Notes under the pieces: model-generated
The model's input: only the letters and a program-made list of their open reading frames with translations
Told to the model about the DNA's origin: nothing
The model's database searches: none
In this document: positions 50,695 through 62,348 of the stretch, one piece after another
Layout: each line of letters begins with the position of its first letter
Position numbering within the stretch: position 1 is the first letter of the stretch
Position numbers and translations under genes: made by a program
Origin: the human T2T-CHM13v2.0 reference genome, Homo sapiens
Assembly: GCA_009914755.4 (NCBI GenBank)
Contig: CP068257.2
Span: 39,520,001 to 39,584,000 of the forward strand
DNA length: 64,000 nucleotides
Reading direction: 5' to 3'

Positions 50695-52347
50695 TGTAAT
50701 TGATTCTTGGGGTATCCCTGTCTTTACCCTGTCTTTAAGGTTTTAGCAAGACTAAGTCTCCTGGTTGAACCGGGGAGCTATTTTTTCCTTTGTGGGGAAG
50801 GACAGTATTTTATTTTTATATTGGAGGGCCTTTTGAACCTGTCCTAAATTCTAAAGGGGAGGGGGGAAGGTTCATATAGGTAATTACTACAAGCCAAGAC
50901 CACAGCAGCTCAACACATAAAATCCATAGACAAATCAGTTTTACAACCCCATTTCCTGGCTTCTAGTTCTTGGCTTCCATACTGCTCAAAAGGAGTTCAA
51001 GGGCCAATGAGTGCCCGCCCACCTCCACACTCATGCACTGTGCAGATGACTTACACAGACCATCTACAACATAGCTGAATTTCCTGACATGTTCTATACT
51101 ACCTCTTTCTTAAAGTTATTTTACTCTAGGATAGGGAATTTACTATACAGGATTCCTCCACATATAAAATTACTCTTTCTTTATATCCTTCCTTGCAAAA
51201 CAAACAAAAAATACATTTTCTATTCATAATATTCTTTACATCTCTCTTTTCTACTCACTGGTTCACTCATGTTTTGAACCTCCCATTTAGTAACTTCCGG
51301 ATTAGACAAAAAATTTTTTCTCAATAAAGAATACATTTCTTTAGCACATTTTATGGAAACCTAGGAAGGAAGAAGTCATGAACTTCACACTAGACATTGT
51401 CATTCTATAACTGAGAACCATTCTACCATTTTATGATTTTAAACCACACATTAAGCATATCCCATTTACGTGTATTTAATTATTTCACTTTTAACTTTAT
51501 CTAGATCACCGAGAACCAAGGTACCATGCAAAGCTGGTCACCATTTAAAGCCATTTTAACCATTTTAAAGCCTATGAACATCAGTGACTTACCTAGGTAA
51601 AAATCCTAAAGTTAAATTTTAGAAGATACAAGATTCTCTTCAAACTAATAAGCTTTCAGTAGTCTTATTTGTTGAATGTATGAGTGTTCTTTTATCTATA
51701 AGCCAGTTTGACAGCACGCTAGATGTAACACACATCACAATACATGTACATATACCCAAAAACATATTAAATAAAATGACCTATACAAGACAACTGGATT
51801 CAAGTTATTTACAGAACTGGGACCCATCTACCTGGCCAAATTTTGTTTGCCCCGATAGGTATGGAAAACAGGAAAAGGCAGGACAGGGAATCCCATAGCA
51901 TCAACTAAAAAGGGGAGGAAGCAAACTGCATTGCTCAAAAGGAGATTCTGGAGTCCCCACGCCACTGGAGAGCACACTCAGTGGTGGAAATACCAAAGAA
52001 AAATGTTCAGGCGGCTGCTTATCTGCCACTGTGGAAAGCTGTCCTCTGGGACAGTAAACTTACTTGAGCTAAGCAGCTCACTGGGGCTAGTAGGAGAAGG
52101 TTAGCTCTAGTATTGATGGAAGCTTTTTGTTGTTATTGTTCTCTCTCACCAGAGCAGTTAGGACATTTGCATTGCCAGGGGCCCTTTTGCGTATAGTAGG
52201 CGCAGTGATTCTGGCCCAGGGGTCAGCAAGTCAGGCATCAAGTCTTGTCTAGGCATCCCAGATGCTAATTTTGTAACATTTTCTCAAGATGAGTAATCCT
52301 GAGGGGCAAGGAGGCTTAAAGTCACTGTTAACAATTGTACTTTTTGG

Positions 52348-52650
52348 CTATTTCTTTTTACTCCCCTCTTTTGCCCTGTCCCTGTTGTTGTAAACTTTAA
52401 AGGCTATGTTTAAGCGTCGTTTCATAGGACTTGAAGGTCCCATTGCTGCTTTTTGTAGATTCCTCCTAATGTCAGGAGAAGATTGAATGAGAAAATGTAT
52501 ACCCAGGAGAGCTTGCCCTTCTGGGGTGTCTGGGCCTGCATTAGTATATTTCCTGAGTGCTTCAACTAAAAGACCCTGAAACAGAGCGGGATTTTCATCT
52601 TTTCCCCGAGTTACTTCTTTAACCTTGTCATAATTGACTGGCTTAACCAC
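52348..52650 (-). pseudogene. Gag capsid (CA) C-terminal region remnant
   Basis: TRGKDENPALFQGLLVEALRKYTNAGPDTPEGQALLGIHFLIQSSPDIRRNLQKAAMGP...AFKVYNNRDRAKEGSKKK resembles HERV-W/MLV-type CA (QGK.EN..AFL.RL.EALRK.T...PD...GQ.IL...FI.QSA.DIR.KL.K), recalled from memory. Confidence 0.75.
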
Positions 52651-53049
52651 ACACTTTTTCCTCTACTTTTTTTTCCCCACAGCACAGCAAGCGGATGACA
52701 ATATTTGTAAATCGTGGCAATTTGAAGAACATAGTCAACGTAACAAACTCTTGTATAAGCTTTTCTGGTTTATCTGAAAACTGGCCAATTCTTTCCTTTT
52801 ATAAGGTCTAATTAGACATGGAAAGTGGCATATGTACTCTTTGAGTGTTCCCTCATTTCCATCAACTACTTTCCACAGTGGACACAGGCTTGACCTTAGG
52901 GGCTGATATGGAGCCCCACTCCTGGTGTACTGGTTGGGCTCATTTTCTTGGGCAGCAGAGGGTATAGGCTAGGGCTAGTTGGATAAGGGGGAAAGGTGCC
53001 TGATGATATTGGGGTGGAATCTCATTAGGGAATTGGCGAGAACCCCCAC

Positions 53050-53427
53050 TCAGGACTGGGGGACTGAAGAGACTCTGGGGAGGCTTATGAACTTTCTATG
53101 GGGAGCAGCTAGGTGGGGATCCCTTATGCATGGCATTCTAATGCCTGGAAGTAACGTGATCCAGTATAGAGCCATAAAAGCCTGTACATAAGGGATCTCT
53201 TCCCATTTTCCTTCTCTTTTACAAAATAAGCCTAATCGTAAAATATCACTATAGTATATAGAACCATGTTTAGGCCAGATATATTCGTCATCTAACTTGT
53301 ATTTAACCCAAATGGTGTTGCAATACAAAATGAGTTTCTTTTTCTTTAAGCCAAATTTGAATTTGCTCCAATAGCTTAAAAGACACCCTAGCGGCGAGTC
53401 CCTTGGGATACTCCTTGTTGTCCCCAT
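53050..53427 (-). pseudogene. Gag matrix (MA) remnant
   Basis: MGTTRSIPRDSPLGCLLSYWSKFKFGLKKKKLILYCNTIWVKYKLDDEYIWPKHGSIYYSDILRLGLFCKREGKWEEIPYVQAF parallels HERV-W Gag MGN...TPLRCILENW...LRKKRFIFFCSTAWPQY...[34 protein letters not shown] (recalled). Confidence 0.8.
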
Positions 53428-54911
53428 GCCTATATTAAGGATCTCTCTACAGAGGGTTTTATTAGCCCAAGTTTAGCAAAAGCCTAGTTACTCTTCCCTC
53501 TTAAATTCCCGTGTTCTTTAAAGGTGTAAATATAGATAGCAAGGTGTTATAAAAATGGATTATGAGCTACGAATGGGCAGTCGAATGTGGAGCCTAAATT
53601 CCATAGAGATCTAGAGTTGGGTGGAGAGGGGGCTAAACAAATGGAGGAAGGGAAAGGGGTAAACAGCGTTGCCCAAGGGGAGACCTCAGAGGCTCTGACT
53701 TGCTGAAGAACCTACCCAGTAGTGGAGATACTGAAAAAAATATTGGGCTGGCCACTTGTCTACCACTGTAGGTGGCTGACTGCCAGGCCAGGAGCCTGGG
53801 AGCTCCCAATTCCTTTGACCAAGAGCAGCTTAGGCAAGGGAGTTATAAGACAGTACACAGGAAGGAGCTTGCAATTGGCTATTAGGAAAATAATACTCCT
53901 AACTTCAGGGTGGAAAAAGACAAGACCAATATTCGCCTAGCGAAAGGGGTATAACCCACAATCCTAGAGGAAATGTCAGTGCTAAAAACCCCAGAGCATC
54001 TGGAGGGTGGCCTATAATACCGATGCTGAGAACCCAAAATGCCTGCGTTTCAGCCAACAAGGATGCCCTCGCCAAAGCAGCTGTGCACAGCAGTGCCAAA
54101 AACCCTGGGGTACCCAGTGGGCGGCCAACCCCGTGAACCCAAGACCAGGTTACAGAACATAGAACAACGTGACAACGTGACTCTGGTATCCCAGAGTCAA
54201 CACAACAGGGGACCTCTCACAACCAAGTGTCCTGCCTTAAACAATTGCCCAAATACAATTAACAGAAAGTCGAAAGCAAACATAAGACTCCAAACAAGAC
54301 ATACATGTTAGGACTGAAAATGAAACCAAAGTGGAGCAATAAAATGGAGTCAGAGGAGAAAGAACCAGGTGAAGGGGTGGCAAGAATGTGCTTCAAGGCA
54401 CCTAAACCGTGGGGAACTGACCGCTTAGCCAAAGGCTTTTATTTCCTAGCTTACCTGATATTACTGGGGGAGGGTGCAAAGGGGACTCTCACCCATCCAC
54501 AGAAGACAAAATGGCACCAGCCAGTCTTCCACGTGGGACCCGGGTGCAGGTCTCTCTAGGTTCCCCAGCTTGGGGGTGCTCAGCTTCTGTGTCGGGGGCT
54601 GGCTCGTTAGAGCAGTGGGTCCCACACGAGGCAGCTGTACTATGGACACTTGGCTGTCCACTCAGTTTCACCACCTGCCAGGGAAAGATGATGGCTGTGA
54701 AAAGAGGCACTGGTTAGGGTTAGAGCTCGGTAGTGTTAGCAGCTCTTTATTGGTACTTCCTCAGTGTTACAGATCTTACATCCTCAATCACAGACTGCTT
54801 CACCGTCTCTTGCTGTCTTGCCAACTGCTGTCTCTTGTCTCTCACCAATTGCTGCCTCTCTGTCTCTGCTGTCTTGCCTCTCTGCCAATTGCCACCATCT
54901 CCGCTGTCCTT

Positions 54912-54930
54912 GTCCCTTTGCTGGTTGCCA
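54912..54930 (-). other. Candidate primer-binding site, decayed tRNA-Arg type
   Basis: The minus strand reads TGGCAACCAGCAAAGGGAC, 1 nt after the LTR-terminal CA. tRNA-Arg PBS TGGCGACCACGAAGGGAC (recalled) with both CpGs deaminated to CpA gives TGGCAACCACAAAGGGAC. The observed sequence differs from that by one inserted G. Confidence 0.5.
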
Positions 54931-54933
54931 GAT

Positions 54934-55415
54934 GATGCAGGACAGGCAAGCCCCAAGACTGGGGCTTAGCCTGGGAGAGTTCTTGGATTTGCCCAAAGAT
55001 TCAAGGGTGAGCTGGTGGTGTTAGGCAGCAGCTTTCATGGAAGCAGCTGTGCACAGCAGCGCCAGAGATGCCGCTCCTTGCAGATCAGGGCTGCTCCATA
55101 GGCTGTGTGCCCTGAGTAGCAGCTCAGAGGCAGTTCTGCAGTCATATTTATACCTACCTTTAACTATATGCAAATTAATGGGCGGTGTATGCAGATACTT
55201 CTAGGATGAGGGTGGTAACCTTAGGGCCATTGGGTCATTGCCATGGAAAGGGGTGGTAACTTCTGGGTGTTGCCATGGAAACGGTAAACCGACATGGCAT
55301 GCTGGTGGGTGTGTCCTATGGAAAACTGCATCTGCCCTGACCTGTTTTAGCTAGTGCTCAGTTTGGTCCTATGTCCAAGCCTTGCCTCTGGAATCAAGTC
55401 CCGCCTCCTGCCTCA
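54934..55415 (-). mobile_element. 5' LTR of the class I ERV (contains a ~40-bp internal duplication relative to the 3' LTR)
   Basis: On the minus strand it starts tgaggcaggagg and ends ...cctgtcctgcatca. It is homologous to 48216-48661, including gcagctgtgcacagcagc, ggctgtgtgccc..agtagcagctcagaggcagttctgcagt, tatatgcaaat and gagggtggtaac. Confidence 0.8.
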
Positions 55416-58042
55416 CCAGGAGTCGCAGGTAAGAGTGTGTGTCATGGAGGAGGTTATAAATGTGGGCCACTGAGACCCACTCCCCACTGGGGAACTCTGA
55501 GAGGTGACATCAGATAGATTCAGCTGTGCTGACTAGGGGGCAAGGCAGCTGGGCCTTATCACTCCCTCCTGCCAACCGTGGGTGGAGGGCAGCTCACAGG
55601 GGGTTCACTCTTCAGCGTTTCTGGCTCAATAGCTGGCCAAAGAAGCCATCTGCAGAGAGTCACAGGTGCTTGCATTAGAGGCTGTAGAGTCAAGTGCCCA
55701 GGAAGGGTGTGGCTGGCAGTTTGCTGTGGCTACTGTGTGCCTAGAACAACCACTGTGTGCTAGAACCATGGCTGGCACAAGTTAGGATGATATTTGAGGA
55801 ATGAAAGATCGAATATGTTCTACCACTGCACGTATTTGAGAGCATTATTTTGGCCCAGGAATCACAAAACAGAGTTTTAAAACTGTTCTTTAAAATCCTA
55901 ACCTGCTAGCAGGCTCTAGACTCTAACTCATGAAAGCCTCTGTGAGTTTGGAGTGTGCCTGTCATTGCTGTGTAGTTCCTTGAACTTTTATTGGAAGGTG
56001 AAGATGTGATGTGTAGATACTGAGCAAGAGAAAATGGTTGGGGGGCAAAGGGTGATCGTGTTTGAGGTTATAAACAACCACAAAACCGCCTTTGAGAGTT
56101 GAGTGCTCTGAACGTTAAGAGCTTGCAAACCCTTTAGAATGGCTGGGCTTTGTATGGTTGACTGGCAGCACAACAAAGTTGCAAGCAAGTGTTAAATTCC
56201 TGACCCACTACCACTTCCATGTAATCCATCAGGAAGTTTACCAAAGTATAGCTCCCACAGCTTTTGTATATATAAGAATTTACTACGTAGTAGTTCCTTT
56301 ATATTCTGTATAACGTCAGTTCTTAAGTACACACACATTTTAAAAGTACGTAATATTGTTATCATCCTTCCATTAGTCAATATACGTACATTTTGGTTTA
56401 ACCCTGTAGTCCAGGGGCAACTTCTATGATCCCTCCTTCTTGCTTTTTGCACCCAAATAGGAGAGAAGGCAGTGTCATTCAGAATGGTCGGGCTGCAGGC
56501 ACCTGTGGGCCGTGTTTATAGAGAGTGGAATCACTCTGTGCCCAGCAGAACCCACGTCTTCCCCTCCATGTCAGAGCTGGTGCTTCACTTGGGGCCTGCT
56601 CATCTCTGTATCCATGGACATATGCCTCATTGCCTGGGTTTATGAATCATGAGGCTAAGTAGAGAATTGAAAACAACTCCCAATATTTGTGTTCAGGCCT
56701 AGGGAGAGGCAGGGTGTTCCATGGTTGGCAGGCCTATGCAAACCACCCCAGAGTCCAAGGAAGCTGAGAGGCCGAAGAAGAGGCTGCCAAATCCAGTTTC
56801 TCAGAAAGAAATATTTAATAGGGACTTATGAATGGAAGTCATGCCTGTGTCTAGAGTGGTGGCAAGACGAGATGGTGGATTCCTACCCATCACCCCCCCA
56901 GACCCAGGGCTTACATACCATAGGGAAGGAATGTCTAGGGCAGTCGAAAAGGCAAGAATCCTATGTGAATCTGCCTAAGGGCAGGATTGCCTGAGCTAAG
57001 GGCAGGATTTACCAATAAGTACTTTCTCTTACATAAGGAACAATAGATAAGAGAAACCTTAGAAGCCTTCCAGGAACTGGGGTCAATCAGAAGTCAACAT
57101 GGTGGTGGGAATCCAAGGATGGAGTTGCTTTAGCCTCTCCACAGGGTCCTGCTCAACTTCAACCTTAAGCCTCATGTTCCAAGCCAGTGTCAACAGGATT
57201 CTTCCTGGGGCCACTGGGTTTTAGCACAGCCAATGGCACATTGGTTACCGTGGTTCCTTAGCCCTGTAATTGCATCAGAGGCCTGCCCAGAAGACTGATT
57301 GGAGGCCAGCAGTCTCGCTCCTGTGGCCAGGCAGCATCTTCTTGTGTCCCTCGAGAGTTTTGAAGGTATTTTCACATTATCTTCCCGATGCTGTTGATAA
57401 GTCTGATGCAATTGTAATTCCTGATTCACTGTATATGAACTGTTTTCTTTCCCTCCAGAAACATGTGAAGTATTCTTGACCTGGTATTTGGAAATTTCTT
57501 GTTGATGTGTCTTAGTCTGGATCTTTAAAAAAAAAAAAAATGCTGGGCACTTGGTGAATCTTTTCAGTCTAGAAACTCATAACGTTCATGTCTGAGAAAT
57601 TGTCTAGTAATTGCCTGTTCTCTCTTCTTGGACCTCCCATTATTCAGAAGTTGCACCTTCTAGTCTGGTCTCTCTGCTTCCCTTGTCTGTCTTTTTGGTT
57701 CTTCTCTCCATTTTCATTTCTGCCACCCACATTTTAGTTTTCAGGATCACTTTCTTTTTCTCTGAATGCTTCTGTTTTTGTTTGTTTTTCACCTTATTCC
57801 TGTTTCAAAGTTGCACATCTTCTTATATTTCTCTGAGAAAATTATGATTTTGCTTAACACTTGATTTCTGCTTCCTGCTTTTTATCTGTCTCCTCCAAGT
57901 TCCTTGTTTCAGTGTGTTTGTCATGGTCTTTGTGTCTCATGCTAGAGGCTTTCCTCACTATCTCATGATTATTGGCTGTCTGTTCATATTTAAAAGAGAA
58001 GCATTCAAATTTGATTGGAAGTTAAGGACTGTATGGAGACAA

Positions 58043-58545
58043 GGTATAGAAAATATTTTCATTGTTTTATTAGTCAGGGTTCTGTAGGGGAACAGAATAG
58101 GAGATAGATATAGATAATAGAGATAGAGACATAGACATATAGATAAAGGGGAGTTTATTAAGTATTAACTTACACAATCACAAGATCCCACAGTAGGCTG
58201 TCTGCAAGTTTGAGGGGCAAGGAGAGCCAGTCTGAGTCTCAAAACTGAAGAATTTGGAGTCCAGTGTTCAAGGGCAGGAAGCGTCCAGTACGGGAGAAAG
58301 ATGTAGGCTGGGAAGCTAGGCCAGTCTCTCCTTTTCACATTTTTCTTCTGCTTTATATTCACTGGCAGCTGATTAGATGGTGCCCTCCAGATTAAGGGTG
58401 GGTCTGCCTTCCCCAGCCCACTGCCTCAAACGTTAATCTCTTTTGACAACACCCTCACAGACACACCCAGGATCAATACTTTGTATCCTTCAATCCAATC
58501 AAGTTGACACTCAGTATGAACCATCACAAGTCCACCCCTCGTCAA
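58043..58545 (-). mobile_element. MLT2-like (ERV-L) LTR, probable 3' LTR of the adjacent ERV-L provirus
   Basis: The minus strand begins tgtgatggttcatactgagtgtcaacttgattgg (compare MLT2 tgtgatggttaatttcatgtgtcaacttgactgg) and ends ...ctacagaaccctgactaataaa (compare ...ctggagaaccctgactaatacag). Internal matches include ctgtgagggtgttgtcaaaagagattaacgtttgaggcagtgggc. The consensus is recalled from memory. Confidence 0.65.
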
Positions 58546-58902
58546 CTTGAACCCATACACATCTGAGATCATACATAATCTTCAAATAAAGACAATAATA
58601 AGGTCATAATTATGCCTAACATATTACAACTATTCTTTGTACAACCTGAAACACACCAGTCTCCAACCCAAATACTATTACATAAAGTTAACAATACTTA
58701 AATGCTGATTTGAAGTCAGTAAATCTTATGTCACATGCTAAAGGAAAAAGGAAATAAAATCAAGATATTTTCTTAGTACAAGTATAAACATGCACAAACA
58801 TGTTTTTAACAAAACAAGGAAAAAATACTCATGACAATTACAGTCCTCGTTTCTGCAGCTGGTCACGTGGTTGTAGCCGGTATTGATGACTGCCTTCTTC
58901 TA

Positions 58903-59187
58903 CTACCCATTCTGTATTCCCTTTGCCTTCAGCAAACACCTTGGCAGGTTGTGATTTTTTTTTCCTGGTGGAGTGACCCAAACCTTCATTCCTGAAGGGT
59001 CTGGGCCATTTCTAGTCCTGCCTGGATTGGGCTGTTGTAGTTTCCCATTGATCTTAATCACAGGGCATGGTAATACTAAGAGATGCCCTAATGGATCTCC
59101 TGTATTCCATGAGTACTCTTCCTTACCTCCATTGTGGAGTAGTAGACTGATTTCATCTTGATAGTCTGGGTCAATCACCCCGGCCAA
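58903..59187 (-). pseudogene. pol dUTPase domain remnant
   Basis: GVIDPDYQDEISLLLHNGGKEEYSWNTGDPLGHLLVLPCPV fits dUTPase motif 3/4 (G.ID.DYRGE...GDRIAQL). Confidence 0.65.
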
Positions 59188-59377
59188 CTGTAACTCCCAT
59201 CTTAGCCTGTTGACTTAAAGGTAGGAGGAGCCCAAAGTGTCCAGGTGGCAATCTGAACTTACAGTTTAATGGGATTGTTGTTGTGTCTCCTGGTGGCAGT
59301 GTTCCTCCCTCTGGAACTAAGACCTCTAGACCAACAGAACTTAATGTCATGGGAACAGGCAGCAAAAATTTTGCTAC

Positions 59378-60321
59378 TTAATCACTAGGGGTGATGGTGA
59401 GTGATGCCACTTCCACTTCCAACCCTTGATTCCTGGACCCGTGAATCCTGGCTATGGGAGAAACAGTACCATATATGGGACGCTGATTCAGAGCATACAC
59501 GGCCTTCTGGAGAACTTTGTCCCAGGCATGCAAAGTATTGTCACCTAGTTGGCATTGTAATTGTGACTTTAAAAGGCCATTCCAACATTCTGTCAATCCA
59601 GCTGCTTCAGGATGATGGGGAGAACATGGTGAGACCAGTGCATTCCATGAGAATGAGCCCACTGTCACACTTCTTTAGCCATAAAGTGAGTGTCTTGGTC
59701 AGAGGCAATGCTGTGTGGAATACCATGACGGTGGATAATGTATTCCGTGAACCCACGGATGGTAGTCTTGGCAGAAGCATTGTGTGCAGGATAGGCAAAC
59801 CCATATCCAGAGTAAGTGTCTATTCCAGTGGGAACAAACCTCTGCCCTTTCCATGATGGAAGAGTTCCAATATAATCAACCTGCTACCAGGTAGCTGGCT
59901 GATCACCCCTAGAAATGGTGCCATATTGAGGACTCGGTGTTGGTCTCTGTTGCTGGCAAACTGGGCACTCAGCAGTGGCCATAGCCAGGTCAGCCTTGGT
60001 GAGTGGAAGTCCATGTTGCTGAGCCCATGTGTAACCTCCATCCCTGCTACCATGGCCACTTTGTTCATGGACCCACTGGGTGATGACGGGGGTGGCTGGG
60101 GAAAGAGGCTGAGTGGTGTCCACAGAAAGGGTCATCCTATTCACTTGATTATTAAAATTCTCCTCTGGTGAGGTCCCCCGTTGGTGAGCACTCACATGGG
60201 ATACAAATATCTTCACAATTTTTGACCACTCAGAGAGGTCCATCCACATCCCTCTTCCCCAAATTTCTTTGTCACCAATTTTCCAATCATGCTTCTTCCA
60301 ATTCCCTGATGATCCAGCCAA
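59378..60321 (-). pseudogene. pol integrase remnant (HHCC zinc finger plus core), several frameshifts
   Basis: HEQSGHGSRDGGYTWAQQHGLPLTKADLAMATAECPVCQ forms an H..H..C..C zinc finger. It is followed by core-like fragments in ORFs 59820-60068, 59607-59804 and 59378-59668. Confidence 0.7.
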
Positions 60322-60774
60322 ACCATTGGCTACGGCCCATGAATCAGTGTATAATCACACAGCTGGCCATTTCTCCTTCCATGCAAAGTGCACAACCAGG
60401 TGCACTGCTCGAAGTTCTGCCCACTGGGAAGATTTCCCTTCACTGCTGTCCTTCATGGATGCCCTAGAAAGGGGCTGTAGTGCTGCAGCTATCCACTTTC
60501 GGGTGGTGCCTGCATATCATGCAGAACCATCTGTGAACCAAGTCCTAGTCTTCTCTTCCTCTGTCAGCTGATCATAGGGAACTCCCCACGAAGCCATCAG
60601 TGCAGGCTAAGGGAGAGAAGGCAGGGTGGCAGGAGTGGAGACCAGGGCATTTGAACCACTTCCTCATGTAACTTACTTGTGCCTTCAGGATCTGCTCGAG
60701 CCCAATCACGTATATACCACTTCCATTTGATGATGGAATGCTGCTGTGCATGACCCACTTTATGGCTAGATGGG

Positions 60775-61155
60775 TCAGAAAGTACCCAGTTCATGATAGT
60801 TCAGGTCGCATGGTGACTTGAAACATTCAGTTTCCACCAAAGCCCAGTAACAGGCCAAGAGCTCTCTCTCAGAAGGAGAGTAGTTATCTGAAGAAGATGG
60901 CAGGGCCTTGCTCCAATATTCTAGAGGCCTCCACTGTGATTCACCTATGGAGGCCTGCCAACAGCTCCAATCAGCATCCCTATCTGCCACTGACACCTCA
61001 AGCACCATTGGATCTGCTGGGTCGTATGGCCCAAGTGGCCAAGCAGCTTGCACAGCAGCCTGGACCTGTTGCAGAGCCTTCTCCTGTTCTGGACTCCACT
61101 CAAAATTGGCAGCCTTTCGGCTCACTCGATAAATGGGCTGGAGTAACACACCCAA
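60775..61155 (-). pseudogene. pol RT connection / RNase H remnant
   Basis: LGPYDPADPMVLEVSVADRDADW...WRPLEYWSKALPSSSDNYSPSERELLACYWALVETE, the RNase H-type TE..A motif. Confidence 0.65.
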
Positions 61156-62166
61156 ATGAGGAATGTGTTCCCTCCGAAATCCAGATAGGCATTGTGCTCT
61201 TTCTTGGTTGTAGGAGGGACTAAATGCAGCAACTTATCCTTCACCTTAGAAGGAATATCTTGACAAGCCCCACACCACTGGACCCCTAGAAATTTTACTG
61301 AGGTAGAAGGTCCCTGAATTTTAGTCATATTTATTTCCCATCTCCTGGCACATAAATGTCTCACCAATAAGTCCAGTGTGTTTGCTACTTCTTGCTCACT
61401 GGATCCAATCAGCATAATGTCATCAAACTAATGGACCAGTGTGATATCTCGTGGAAACGAAAAGCGATCAAGGTCTCTCCAAATAAGATTATGACATAAA
61501 GCCGGAGAGTTTACTGTCCTACCCCTGAGGTAGGACAGTAAAGGTGTATTGCCGGCCTTGCCAGCGGAAGGCAAATTGCTTCTGGTGGGCCTTATGGACA
61601 GGAATGGGGAAAAAGTCATTTGCCAAGTCAATGGCTGCATACCAGGTACCAGGAGGTGTGTTAATTTGCTCAAGCAATGAAACCACATCTGGTACAGCAG
61701 CTGCAATTGGAGTCACCACTTGGTTAAGCTTACAGTAACCCACTGTCATTCTCCAAGATCCGTCTGTCTTCTGCACAGGCCAGATGGGAGAGTTGAATGG
61801 GGATGTGGTGGGAATCACCACCCCTGCATCCTTCAAGTCCTTGATGGTGGCACTAATCTCCACAATCCCTTCAGGGATGTGATACTGTTTTTGATTTACT
61901 ATTTTTCTAGGTAGAGGCAGCTCTAATGGCTTCCATTTGGCCTTTCTCACCATAATAGTCCACACCCTACCAGTCAGGGAGCCAGTGTGGGGGTTCTGCC
62001 TGCTACTAAGCATATCTATGCCAATTATGCATTCTGGCACTGGGAAAATGACCACAGGATGAGTCCGAGGACCCACTGGACCCACTGTAAGTTGGACCTG
62101 AGCTAAAACTCCTTTAAGTACCTGACTTCCGTAAGCCTCTACTTTACTGGAGGACCACAGTGACAT
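61122..62166 (-). pseudogene. pol reverse transcriptase remnant (frameshifted across at least 3 ORF fragments)
   Basis: [27 protein letters not shown]...[56 protein letters not shown], and a post-YXDD segment [10 protein letters not shown]. Confidence 0.85.
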
Positions 62167-62348
62167 TTTGGGTCCTCTGGAATTAACGTCAGCTCAGAGC
62201 CAGTGTCCAGTAGTCCCTGAAATGTCTGATCATCTCCCTTTCCCCAGTGCACAGTTACCCTGATAAAAGGCCAGAGGTCTCTTTGGGGAAGGATGGGAGA
62301 AAGATTCACTGCATACATTGTCGGTAATGTAGTGGGGTCCTTCCTCAA
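62139..62348 (-). pseudogene. pol protease remnant
   Basis: [15 protein letters not shown] contains the retroviral aspartic protease active site D-T/S-G. Confidence 0.75.

Larger units (their letters stand above)
48216..55415 (-). mobile_element. Class I (gamma-like) endogenous retrovirus provirus, antisense to BACE2, about 7.2 kb: 5' LTR, PBS, degraded gag and pol, PPT, 3' LTR, flanked by a 4-bp CCAG target-site duplication
   Basis: Two direct copies of a ~450-480 bp repeat (48216-48661 and 54934-55415, about 85% identical, each TG...CA on the minus strand) bracket 6.2 kb. That interval contains Gag MA, Gag CA and integrase C-terminus remnants, all on the minus strand. The CCAG at 48212-48215 equals the CCAG at 55416-55419, consistent with a target-site duplication. 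A PBS sits inside the 5' LTR and a PPT inside the 3' LTR. Confidence 0.85.
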
